From: Leucoraja ocellata
Lineage: Eukaryota
Assembly (NCBI GenBank): GCA_036785375.1
Contig: JAWMAR010000010.1
Coordinates: forward strand, 6,510,001 to 6,574,000
Direction of reading: 5' to 3'
DNA: 64,000 nt
Shown: positions 51,646 through 64,000 of the stretch, piece by piece
How the letters are laid out: every line of letters starts with the position of its first letter
How positions within the stretch are numbered: the first letter of the stretch is position 1
Notes under the pieces: generated by a model
The model's input: only the letters and a program-made list of their open reading frames with translations
What the model was told of the DNA's origin: nothing
The model's database searches: none
Made by a program: the position numbers and the translations under genes

Positions 51646-54600
51646 GGTAGTAATGGGGGGGGGGAGGAATTTCAGATAAAATTTTTACTGAAGCTGCATC
51701 TGTCGGAAGGATGTCGTTAAGCTGCAATGGGTGTAGGGAAGATTTACGAGTATTTTGTCAGGACGAGGGTCTGAACTGCAAGGGAGTGCTTTGGCAGGCT
51801 GGGACTTTATTCATTGGAGTGCTGTAGGCTGAGGGATGATCTTACAGAGGTGTCTAAAATCACGAGAGGAATAGATCAGACGAATGCGTGGAGTATTTTA
51901 CCCAGGGTAGGAATCAAAAGCCAAAGGACGTAGCTTGAATGTAAGAGGAGCAAAAAGGCAATATTTTCACTCTGAGGGTGGGGGGGGGGGGTATATGGGA
52001 CAAGGACGTAGTTGAGGCAAGTACTGTAAAACATATAGTATTTGGACACGTACATAGATACGATTTAGAAGATGACAAAAAGCTGGAGTAACTCAGCGGG
52101 ACGGGCAGCATCTCTGGAGAGAAGAAATGGGTGATGTTTCAGGTCGAGACCCTTCAGAAGGGTATGGGCCAAACGGGAAGAAATGACAATAGCTTAAATG
52201 GGGCATCTTGGTCAGCATGGATGTTGGGCCAAAGGGCCACAGTCCGTTCTGTATGACTCTATATAGCAGTAAACTCAACACACTGAGATAGGAATGTAGC
52301 AAACAAAAGTCTAATACATTATTAACCCCATTACTGGTGCAGAAAAGTCCTTAGAGCAAGCAAAGACAGTCTATTCTTCATAACTGGTTTATAGTGTTGT
52401 GTGGTGTTAAAGAGCCTGATGGTGGTTGGAAAGGTCTGAATAAGGGCCCCGACTTGATCTGTTTTCTCCAGAGATGCTGCCTGACCTGCTGAGGGTACTC
52501 CAGCATTTTGTATGTATCTTTGGTTGTTGCAAGAAGCTGTATCTGAATCTGGTGGTCGTGATTTTCAGGCTCCTGTATCTCCTTCCCAAATGAAATGAGA
52601 GTGCAACCAGGCTGGTATGGGTTTTTGGTGCTGGCTGCCTCTTCTGAGGCAGCATCTCCTATAGATCCCTTCGATGGTAAGGAGGTCAGTACCTGTGATG
52701 GACCGGGCAGTGTTCACCGTCTTCTGCAATATCCTTCGTTCATATGTCAGTCCCACCAGTTCATATGATGAAAGAATGGATCGACTGGGCCGATATTCAC
52801 TGGAATTTGGGAGGAAACCGGAGCACCCGGAGGAAACCCACAGGGTCACAGGGAGAATGTGCAAACTACACTCAGACAGCATCCGAGGTCAGGATCGAAC
52901 CCGGGTCCCTGGCACTGTGAGGCGGCTGCTCTACCCGCTGTGCCACTGGACCGTGCAGGTGGTTGGTGAGCATTGGCTGCTCTGGTGATTGGGAGCAAGA
53001 GAAGAGTCCTGTGCCAGGATCCCTGCCCATTTCTCTCATGCCGACTCTCCCGCTGACTGCTGTTTCAGGGAGCATTGCACAGTGAGGTGCAGTTGAACAT
53101 AGAACAGAACAGCACAGGAACACTCCCTTCGACCCACAATGTCTACTCCGAACATTATACCATGTTAAACTAGTTTAGTTTAAAGATACAGCACGGAAAC
53201 ATGCCATTCGGCCTACCGAGTCCGTGCGTACACCAACCCTATCCTACACACCAGGGACAATTTACAATCTTTACTGAAGCGGATTAACCGACAAACCTGC
53301 ACGTCTTTGGAGTGTGGGAGTAAACCGGAGCACCCGGTGAAAACCCACGCGGTCACGGGGAGAACGTACAAACACCGTACAGACAGCACCCGCAGTCAGG
53401 ATCGAACCTGGGTCTCTGCCGCTGTAAGGCAGCAACTCTACCGCTGTGCCGCCCCAATCTCCTCTGCCTGCTTGTGATCCATATCCCTCCATTCCCTGCA
53501 TATCCAAGTGCCTATCTAAAAGCCTCCTAAGCAACACTATTGTATCTGCCTCCACCACCACCGCTGGCAACACGTTCCAGGCACCCACCATTGTGCATAA
53601 TAATAATTAAAAACTTACCCCTTTATTCATTCCCCCTCTCAACTGAAAGCTTTGCCCTGTAGTCTGTGATATTTCCACTCTCAGGATAAAGGTTCTGACT
53701 GTCTACCCTATCTATGCCTCTCATAATTTTATATACTTCTCTTACGTCTCCCCTCAATCTCTTGCGTTCCAGAGAAAACATTTCAAGTTTGTCCTGCCTG
53801 TCCTTGTAGTTAATATCCCTCTAATCCAAGCAGCATCCATGTGCCTATCTTAAAAGCTCTTAAATACCAGTATCGTATCGGTCTCCACCGTCATCTCTGG
53901 CAGCACGTTCCACGTACTCACCCCTCTCTTGCCCTGCGCGTCTCCTTTAAACTTTGCCCCTCTGACCAATTGCTGGTAAAACTGTCCTGCACCCTTTCTG
54001 AAACTCATGCACCTTTACTGTAATGGGGTGACCAGAACTTCTTGAGTTAGCCAGAAGCAAATCTTGAATTGAGAAGAGAGAACATGTAGGATGTGAGGGG
54101 GTGGAGGGGCAAAATAGAATTGAAGGATGGTACTTGTGAAGTGATTAAGTTAATTAGCCCCTCCATGGCAGTAGAGTAGAGAGCACGGAGCTGGGGGCTA
54201 ATGAGGGGTTAACGAGACACATTATGTCCAATCAACTCATCCGGCAGGAGTTAAAAAACAAAGAGCATATTGGATTTTGTACCCACAGAAAACTAAGATG
54301 TTGCCAGGATTCGAGGGACCTAACCTACAGGGAAGGGCTGAACAGGCTAGGGCTTTATTCCTTGGAGCGCAGGAGTTTGAGTGGTGACCTTATAGACAAG
54401 ATCATGAGAGGAATAGATTGAATAAATGCACAGTCGTTTACCCAGATTAGGTGAATCGGGAACCAGAGGCCAGGCACTTCGACCCAACATACCAACTCTA
54501 GTAGTTCCGCGTGTGGATTAATGTAGATTTAAAACATGCTGTTTATCTTGCTTGGAGCCGTATAGTCATACAGCATGGAAACAGGCCTTTCTTCACAACT

Positions 54601-56309
54601 TGCCCACACCTGACCAACATGCCCATCTACACTAGTCCAACCTGCCCACGTTTGGCCCATATCTCTCAAAGCTTATCGTATCCATGTACCTGTCAAAATA
54701 CGCAGAATAAGTTAATCGAGAACCAGAGGACATTGGTTTAAAGTGAGGGGGGGGGGGAATTTAATAGGAACCTGAGGGCAACTTATTTTACGCAAAGGAT
54801 GGCAGGTGTATGGAACGAGCTGCTGGAGGAGGTAATTGAGGCAGGTACTGTCACAACGTTTAAAAAGCATTTGATCAGGTACGTGGATAGGAATGGTTTA
54901 TAGGGATATGGGCCAAACGCAGGCAGGTGGGACTAGTGTAGATGGGGCATGATGGTCGGCGTGGGCAGGTTGGGCCTGTTGCCACGCTGTATGACTCCAT
55001 CATAGAATGTAAACAAGATAAATGCCATGTAGTAAATCTATGTTAATCCAGCACACACGGGTCTATTAGAACATGAATGGATATTTATTCAATAGCTAGT
55101 TTCTAGGGATGTAATGCCCCCTGGATATAGTATCCATTCACATAGACATTACTAATATTAACAAAAGTAGGATTGTAACTCTATCCCCTAGCGCCATGTT
55201 TCAGAAATTGTCCAGTGCAGCCACTAATTCCATCAAGTTATTGTCAGGGAAAAGCTGGGCTGTTTTATTCTCTTGCAAGAACACAGAGTGCTGCAGTAAC
55301 ACAGCGGGTCAGAACCTAGAACATAAAACTTAGAACAGTTCAGCGCAGGAACAGGCCATTTCAGCCCACGCTGAGAATTATGCAAAGATAAACTAATGTG
55401 ATCCACGTCCTTCCTTTCCCTGCATATCCACCTCCCTAATTAAAAGCCCAGTAAAAACGTCACCATTGTATCTACCTTCACTCACACAGAAATGGGGCTT
55501 CTCGGACCACCATACTGGTCATCAAGTACTAATCTACACTGCACATGTTTTGTAACCTGCTCTAAATGTTCTTGTTAGGCCATTCAGAGCAGAATTAGGC
55601 CATTCTGCCCATCAAGTCTACTTTGCCATTCAATCATGGCTGATGTGTCTTTTCCTCTCCTGCCTTCTCCTTGTAACCCCTGAAACCTGTACTACTCAAG
55701 AAAGAAGGGTCTCGACCGAAAACATCACCCATTCCTTCTCTCCAGAGATGCTGCCTGTCCCGCTGACTTGCTCCAGCATTTTGTGTCTATCTCTAATCAA
55801 GAACCTATTGATCTCTGCTGTAAAACAAAATCCATTGACTTGGCCTCCACAGCCATCTATGGTAATGAATTCCACAGATTCACCACCCTCTGGCTAAAGA
55901 AATCCCTCCTCATCTTACTTGTTGTTTCAACTGTATGTCTAAACGCTTCATATACATTTTAAGAGTCTAGGCCCCCATCACCCCTCAGGCACTGCGTCCC
56001 AGATTTCCTCTGGGTGAAGAGGTTCTCTCAGAGATCTGCTTTCATCTTGTTCCTCTGTCTTGATGTTACACTGGTGAATTTATCGGACTTTGATGTGACT
56101 TCAATTAACATAGCTTTTAATTTAAGCAAAACGCAAAGTGCTGGGTGAACAGCGGGTCAGGTGGCATCTTTGGAAGGAATGTAACGATTCAGGTCCTTCT
56201 TCAGAGTGATTGTTGTGGTGGGGGGGGGGGGGGAGAAAGCTGCAAAAGAGAGGTGGGGGGCGAGACAAAGTGGCAAGTGATAGATGGTTGAAGAGCGGAA
56301 GAGCAGCAG

Positions 56310-56645
56310 GAAACACAATACATCAAACATGAAATTAAAGTGACGAGTGGAAAGGATTGGGGATGTGCAAAGATGTATATAGATTGTGGGAGGGGAGTCA
56401 GTCTACCCCACGACAGAAGGGGGAGGAGTTGTACAGTTTGATAGCCACAGGGAAGAAGGATCTCCTGTGGCGTTCTGTGCTGCAACTTACTGCTAGAACC
56501 AGATTGTTGCTGACGGTCCTCCTCAGGTTGACCAGTGGGTGGGTCATGGAGAGGGTGAGCTGTATTGTCCAAGACGCTCCACTGTTTGTGGGGGCCTCCA
56601 CTCCAAGACCACCTCCCATGAATCCAACTCCATCCCCAGGATGGA
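56310..56645 (-). mobile_element. Rex1/Babar-like LINE 3' fragment (related pieces at 20545-20620, 33415-33700, 40425-40800, 52540-52740)
   Basis: HPLH..TERHRRSFFPVAIKLYN and RFRDSFFP C-terminal motifs. Confidence 0.65.
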
Positions 56646-59600
56646 GCTACAGCGCTCAGAGTTTAGAAACGCTGAAACTCTAGTTTAGAGATATAGCGGG
56701 GAAACGGGCCCTTCGGCCCACCGAGTCCACGCGCTTACACTACCCGACACACACTAGGGACACAGGCCAATTTGCCTTCAGACCTGTACGTCTTTGGAGT
56801 CTGGGAGGAAACGGAGATCCCGGAGAAAACCCACGCAGTTCACGGGGAGAACGTACAAACTCCATGCAGAGAGCACCCGTAGTCAGGATCGAACCAGGGT
56901 CTCCGGCGCTGTACCGTGCTTCCTCAAAGTAAGCATACTAGGAGGAGATTCTGCAGTGGAGCAAAGAAATGGAGCCACAAGGAATTGCAGATGTTGGAAT
57001 CTTCAAGGTTTCAAAGTTCTGTTTATTGTCACATGTACCAATTAAAGTACAGTGAAATGCAAATTACCACACAGCCATACTAAAAAAAAGCAACAAGACG
57101 CACAACTACATAAAAGTTAACATAAGCATCCACCACAGGGGATTCCCCACGTTCTTCACTGTGATGGAACGCAATAAATTCCAATCCCCTTCCTCTTTAT
57201 TTTCCCGTGGTCGGGGCAGTTGAACCATCCGCAGTTGGAGGGATCGAAGCCCCTGTAGTAGGCTGTCAAAGCCACCGTGTTGGGGTGATCGAAACTCCTG
57301 CGCCGGGGTGTTCGAAACTCCCGTGTTGGCGCGATCGAAATTCCCGCGTCGAAACTCCTGCGGCTTGGAGTCCCCGATGTCGGTCTCTAACCGCGGGCTA
57401 CGCGAAGTTAAAGTCCTCCGACACCCATGGTTGGAGCCCCAAAGACAATCCTCGACAGGGATCGTGAGCTCCACGAAGTCCCGCAGGCTCCTGCGATGGA
57501 GCTCCCGGTCAATCTCCAGCAAAGGCCGCCAACTCCTCGATGTTAGGCCGCAGTTTTGACGGAGATACGATACGTAAAAAATTGCATCTCTGTTGAGGTA
57601 AGAGATTGGAAAGAGTTTCCCACAACCCCCCCCCCCCACATAAAACAAGCTAAAGAACACTAAAAACAAACATTTAACACACACAAAACAGACACAGAGA
57701 AGGAAAGGACAGACAGACTGTTGGCGAGGCAGCCATTGCTGTCCGCGGAATCTTGCACAAAACACACAGAGTGCTGGAGGAACTCAGCAGGTCAGGCAGC
57801 ATCTGTAGAGGCAATGGGCTGGGTCTGTTTCCATGTTGTATAACTGTTTTGTTAGACTAGTCCTGATACGCAACCAAATAAGGAAATATGAGCAAGCAGG
57901 GGAATTATGCTCATGGCTGCTTTAGTCAGAGTGACCTCAACTCTACATTCTTGTCTTCTCTGCAATAACCTTTCTCTCTCCTGCTTATCCAAAAACCATC
58001 TATCTTTGCCGTGACAATTACTGAAAAGCTTTGCTTCCACAAGCCTTTTGTGGAAGAATGTTCCAAAAATGTTGAGGGGAAAAAAATCGTCTTTATCTCT
58101 CTCGTAAATGAAAGAGCTTTTTTTAAAACATTTGTTGAAATACAGGAAATAAGGCAACGACAGGAACCTCTACCAAACTGCCTGAAGATCCTGATGGGAT
58201 AGTCAATTCTTGAGTGTCAGTTGAGATCAAATGTGTCTCAATTATCTCTGATGTGCTGGCCAGGACTCTGGAGATAATTCACCCAATGCTCTTTGTCCGG
58301 AAGCTGGCTGTAGATCAAGAGGTCCCCAGCTCAAAACATAATGCTGGAGGAACTCAGAGGGTCAGGCACCATCTATAGAGGGAATGGACAGGCAACATTT
58401 CAGTTCAGGACCCTTGGTCAGGATGCATTTAGCGTATTTTGTTCTGTTTTTGTCACCGTGTTATAGGAAAGATGTTGTCAAGCTTGAAAGAGTTCAGAGA
58501 AGGTTTACCGGGATGTTGCCAGGACTTGAGCTACTGGGAGAGGTTGTGCAGGCAAGGCCTCTATTCCTTGGAGAGCAGGAGGGTGAGGGGCGATCTTATA
58601 GAAGTGTATAAAATCATGAGAGGAATAGATCGGGTAGACGCACAGACAGACTTTTGCCCAAAGTAGGGGAATGGAGAACACGGGGACATAGGTTTGAGGT
58701 GAGGGGGGGGGAAAGATTTAATGGGAACCTGATGGGTAACTTTTACACACATAGGTTGTGGGTGTATGGAACAAGCTGCCAGAGGGGGTCATTTAGGCAG
58801 GTACTATTGCAATGTTTAAGAAACATTTAGACAGGTACATGGATAGGATATGTTTAGAGGGATATGGGCCAAAAGCAGGCAGGTAAAACCAGTGTAGATG
58901 GGACATGTTGGTCAGCATGGACAAGTCGGGCCAAAATACCTGTTTCCACGGTGTATGACTGTATGACTATGTCCCGAAGCACTACACATCTATTTTCCTC
59001 CCTAGATGCTGCCTGACCTATTGAGTTCCTCAAGATTCTAGCATCTGCAGTTTCAGGTCCCCAGTTCAAATCTGCCCCATTAGCCACTTTGCTTGTCAAT
59101 AAGTTGGAAAGGGTGCAGAAGAGATGGGCCAGGATGTTACAAGCTGGAGTTTGAGTTATAGGGGGAGTTTGGATAGGATGGGACTTTTTAATTTGGAGCA
59201 TAGAAGGCTTTGGGGTGATTTTATGAAGGTACACGTGATTATGAGGGGCGTGGATAAAATGTAGAGGATTCGAAAACAAGAGGTCAGAGCTTTAAAGTGA
59301 GGGTGGAGAGTTTTAAGAGGGAACTCAGGGACAACGTTTTCACTCGGAGGAATGAGCTGCCAGAGGAAACTATAGAGGTGGATACAAGACACGGTTTCAG
59401 GCTCCGTGGGGAATAATTTTTAAAATAGGATTAATAAAGTAGTGTTTGTTTAGTTTAGAGATACATCGTGGAAACAAGCTCTTAGGCCCACCAAGTCCAT
59501 GCACAAACAGCTATACACTAGTTGTACCCTACACGTTAGGAACAATTTACAGAAGCCAATTAACCCTCAAACCTGGACATCTTTGGAATGTTGGAGGAAA

Positions 59601-61409
59601 CCTGAGCACCCGGAGTAAGCCCACGCGGTCCCAGGGAGAACTACAAACTCCATACAGACAGCACCCATAGTCAGGATCAAACCCAGTCCTCCAGCAACTC
59701 TACCACTGCGCCACCATCAAATGGGTGTTTGATGGTTAGTACAGTCTCAATGGGCTGAAGGGCCTTTTTCTATGCTCTGTCCCTCTATGAGTCTAGTTTA
59801 CAGAGTAATTCTGCTCCGTCACTGTTAGTCTCTGAAACATACCTTCCCCACCTACCTATCAACTGCCCCCCTCCCCCCGGTTCTTCCAGTCTCCACGCAC
59901 TCTGGGCAATTTACAACAGCTAATTAACCCCACACAGCCTGGAACGGGCTGCCAGGGGTGGTGGTGGTGGTGGAGGCAGATATAATTGTGGCGTTCAAAA
60001 GACATAGATTGGCACGTGGATTTTTTAGTTTAGTTAAATTTATTGTTGAGTTACAGCGCGGAAACAGGCCCTTCGGCCCATCCAGTCCGTGCCGACCAAC
60101 GTTTATCCTGCACACTAACATTATCCGACACACTCGGGACTATTTACGATTTTTACCAAAGCCAATTAACCTACAAACCTGTACGTCTTCTGAGGGTGGG
60201 AGGAAACCGGAGCGTCCCGGGGGGGAAACCCGTGCGGTCACGGGGGAGAACGTACAAACTCCGCACAGACAGCACCTGCAGTCGGGGTTGAACCCTGTGA
60301 GGCAGCGACTCTACCGTTGTGTCATTGTGTCGTCCTTACATGGGTAGGCAGGGAATGGAGGGATATGAATCACGTGAAGGTGCCATGTTCGGCAAAGGCA
60401 TTGTGGGCCTTTGGGTCCGTTCCTGTGCTATAGAGTTCCATGTTCTCTGCTCTCCGTTCCAACTTGCATGTGTCTGGGATGTGAGAGGAAATCGGAGCGC
60501 CCAGTGAGGAACATGCAGACTCCACACCAATAGTGCCCAAGCTCAGAATTGAACCCCAGGTCTCTGGATCTGTGAGGCATTGGCTCGACCCACTGCGCCA
60601 GGTTGCCTTGATGCAAGGGGTCACCAAATAGTTAATGGGATGGCGGCCTCCTCCTCAAGTCAGTTTGCGATACAAATAGCAGGAGGTGACCTTCACTTGC
60701 CAGAGTGTCGACAGGCGCTTGGCCAGGCAATGCCGATCTGTTCTGCAGTAATCTATCAGCGGCCCAGTCCACTTTAGCGTTATCTGTACAAAGGTGAAAT
60801 TGGAAAGGTATTCATAATAATCATAATCATTTATTAGCCAAATATGTTTTGCACCATATGAGGAATTTGGTTTGCCATACAGCCATACCACAAAAGCCAC
60901 AAGACACATAACTACATAAAAATTTGACATCAACATCCACCACAGCGGCTCCTCCACATTCCCCACTGTGGTGCAAGGCAATAAAGTCTTATCTTCTTTC
61001 CTCCTTTCCTCCCGCGGTCGGGGGAGTCGAACCAGCTGCCGACGGTGATCGAGCTCCCACTTCGGGGAGGTCTAAGCACCTGCGTTGGGGCGGTCGAAAC
61101 TCTTGTGCCTTGGAGTTCCCGAAGCCGGTCGCTAACCAGGGACCACGAGCTCCACGATGTTGAAGTCCGCAGCTCCCGTAGGTTGGAGCACCTAAGGCCG
61201 ACCCCTGGCAATACGATACGGTATCTCCATCGAGGAAAGAGATAAGAAAAATTTCCCCCCCACCCCCCACATAATACAAAACTGAAGATAAAATAAAAAT
61301 ACATTTTACACCAAACTAAAAACACAAAGAAGAAAAAAGACAAAGACAGACCGTTGGCGAGGCAGCCATCGTGCGCCTCCCCCTGGGAACAACAAATATA
61401 GACACAACA

Positions 61410-61690
61410 TGCTGGAGTAACTCAGCGGGTCAGGCAGCATCAGTGGAGAACATGGATAGGTGACGTTTCACAGAGTGCTGGAGTAACTCAGCGGGTCAGG
61501 CAGCATCTCTGGAGAACATGGATAGGTGATGTTTCACAGAGTGCTGGAGTAACTCAGTGGGTCAGGCAGCATCTGTGGAGAACATGGATTGGCGACGTTT
61601 CACAGAGTGCTGGAGTAACTCAGCAGGTCAGGCAGCATCTCTGGAGAACATGGATAGCTGACGTTTCAGGTTGGGCCTCTTCTTCAGACT
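61410..61690 (-). repeat. 66-bp tandem repeat (x4) of Penelope-derived terminus
   Basis: Unit starts at 61411, 61477, 61543 and 61609. Confidence 0.9.
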
Positions 61691-61959
61691 GATGGTTGGG
61701 GTGAAGAGGGGAATGCTGGAAGAGAGGAGGGCAGAATAAAGCCTGGCAAGTACTGATGTCTGAAGGTAGTTCAGTCTAACAGTCGACCCGAAACGTCACC
61801 CATTTCTTCTATCCAGAGATGCTGCCTGTCCCGCTGAATTACTCCTGCATTTTACATCTTTGGTGTAAACCAGCATCTGCATTTCCTTCCAATACATATA
61901 CCTGGCAGGTACTAGGCGATACAGGTGATGGGGGGTTTTGATAGGCAGATGGAGGAACA

Positions 61960-62470
61960 GCACCTCTTATTCCACGGGTAGCTTACAACCTAACAGTATG
62001 AACATTGAATTCTCCAATTATAGGTAACGACAACCCTCTCTCATTCTCCCTTCCTCCACACCCCTCTTTCTGTCCTCCACTCACCCCTGTGCCCCACCTA
62101 GATGTGCATCTATTTCTCCCCCTCCCCCTCCCCTTCCACCAACATTCCTTCCTCTGGCCTCACAATTCGTAACTCTTCAATCCTTTTGTCTCACACCTTC
62201 TGTCTTTTCCTCTCTGGCCTTTGTCCAACCACCTGCCTATCAAACCCGCTCCCACCTCACCTGTATCCACCTTGTCACCTGCTGAGCTTTGTCCTGCCTG
62301 TCCTCCCTGCAAGCATCCCCCTCCTCTTTCACAGTCAGTCTGAAGAAGGGTCTCGACCAGAAACGTCGTGTGTCCATGTTCGCCGGAGATGCTGCCCGAC
62401 CCGCTGAGTTACTCCAGAATTTTGTGGGGTTTTTTTTCGTACACCAGCATCTGCAGTTCCTTGTTCCCAC
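61960..62470 (+). mobile_element. Penelope-like 3' end with hammerhead-like motif
   Basis: 61978-62027 matches the end of the Penelope ORF at 9625-9672. A pyrimidine-rich UTR follows, then CTGAAGA..GAAACGTC at 62340-62367. Confidence 0.75.
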
Positions 62471-62617
62471 AGAAATAATAAATAGCCAGCATGGTCAGTG
62501 AAAGACAAAGTAAGCTGAATGAACCTCATTGAAAACTACAGCATAAATACGGGTAAGATAAGGCATGTAATTTATCTCATGGCGCTGCTTCTCATAAGAG
62601 AAGGACAGGAATATTGT

Positions 62618-63105
62618 GTGCAGACCACACCTGGAATATTGTGCGCAGTTTTGGTCCCCTAATTTGAGGAAGGACATTCTTGCTATTGAGGGAATGCAGC
62701 GTAGGTTTACAAGGTTAATTCCCGGGATGATGGGACTGTCATATGCTGAGAGAATGGAGCAGCTGGGCTTATACACTCTGGTGTTTAGAAGGATGAGAGG
62801 GAATCTCATTAAAACATATAAAATTGTTAAGGGTTTGGACACGTTAGAGGCAGGAAACATGTTCCCGATGTTGGGGGAGTCCAGAACCAGGGATCACAGT
62901 TTAAGAATAAAGAGTAAGCCATTTAGAACGGAGACGAGGAAACACTTTTTCTCACAGAGAGTGGTGAGTCTGTAGAATCCTCTGCCTCAGAGGGTGGTGG
63001 AGGCCGGTTCTCTGGATGCTTTCAAGAGAGAGCTAGATAGGGCTCTTAAAAATAGCGGAGTCTGGGGATATGGGGAGAAGGCAGGAACGGGGTACTGATT
63101 GGGGA
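62618..63105 (+). mobile_element. CR1 3' fragment
   Basis: RPHLEYCAQFWSPNLRKDILAIEGMQRRFTRLIPGM. Confidence 0.9.
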
Positions 63106-64000
63106 TGACCCGCTGAGTTACTCCAGCACTCTGTGAAACGTCACCTATCCATGTTCTCCACAGATGCTGCCTGACACGCTGAGTTACTCCAACAATTTGT
63201 TGCGATTATGCACCAACAGTTATTCCCTTTATCCCTTATCTGTACACTGTGGGCGGATTGATTGCAATCATGTATAGTCTTCTGCTGACTGGATAACACA
63301 CAACAAAAAAAACATTTCACTCTACCTCGGAACACGTGACAATAATAAACTAAACTAAATACTTGGTGTCTTTTTTAGAGAGGCACATGGATAAGCCGGG
63401 AATGGTGGAATACGGATAATGTGTAAACAATCATAAGATGAACAGATCGGGTAAATGTGCCATTTGTCCAGAGTAGGGGAATCGAGAACCAGTGGACCTA
63501 GGTTTAAGGTGAGGGCCAAATAATTTAATGGGAACCTGATGGGTAACGTTTTCACACAAAGGATGGTTGGTGTATGGAACAAGCTGTCGGAGGAGGTAGT
63601 TGAGGCAGGTGAGATCGCAATTAAAAAAATAATTTAGACATGTACTTGATTAGAGTAGGTTTAAATGGATTTGGGTCAAAAGCAGGTAAGTAAGCCTAGT
63701 GTCGATGGAGCATATTGGTCAGCATGGGCAAGTTGGGCTGAAGGGCCTGTTTCCATGCTGTACGACTCTATGTCCAGGCAAATGAGATTAGTTGAACTTG
63801 GCATTTGTGTTCGACATGGAGATTGTGGGCTGCCTGTTCCTGTGCTATGCTGAGCTCATAGGAGTGTAGCCCCACTTGAAACATGCCCCCACTGACTGCT
63901 TGCCCCAGATAATGTACCACCGCGGGGTCTAAGGTTGGACAGGAGAAGGAATGGATGACAGGAACACCATCCACTCCTGGTATGCATCACACAACCTGCT

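Noticed and set aside
61410-61690. CRISPR-like 66-bp periodicity
   Set aside because: The whole unit repeats and derives from a dispersed retroelement terminus.

Overview
Repeat-rich vertebrate genomic DNA, most likely from a cartilaginous fish such as a skate, ray or shark. This is inferred from HE1/V-SINE-like tRNA-derived SINEs, CR1 LINEs with (TTTCTATG)n/(CTATTGT)n tails, and a two-exon GPR139-like gene. Most ORF-track entries are spurious or LINE fragments. Four genes or gene relics were reconstructed by hand from splice signals. (1) A decayed IgNAR/NAR-TCR-like cassette with leader, V, RSS-like motifs and a J-like segment at ~1.7-2.7 kb (+). (2) An intact two-exon GPR139-like GPCR at 5360-7080 (+), 322 aa. 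(3) An apparently intact five-exon Siglec-15-like receptor on the minus strand (41222->18510, ~289 aa). Its architecture is unusual: leader, two V domains, a Lys-containing TM and a short tail, with no sialic-acid-binding Arg. An inverted partial duplicate of the gene lies inside its own first intron. (4) The CpG-island promoter and first coding exon of a TESK-family kinase (51146-51364, +). The remainder is CR1, L1/Tx1, Penelope and Rex1-like LINEs, SINEs, a MITE, a probable solo LTR, microsatellites, Penelope-associated minimal hammerhead ribozyme motifs and three assembly gaps. Repeat coordinates are approximate, and family names come from motif recognition, not database searches.
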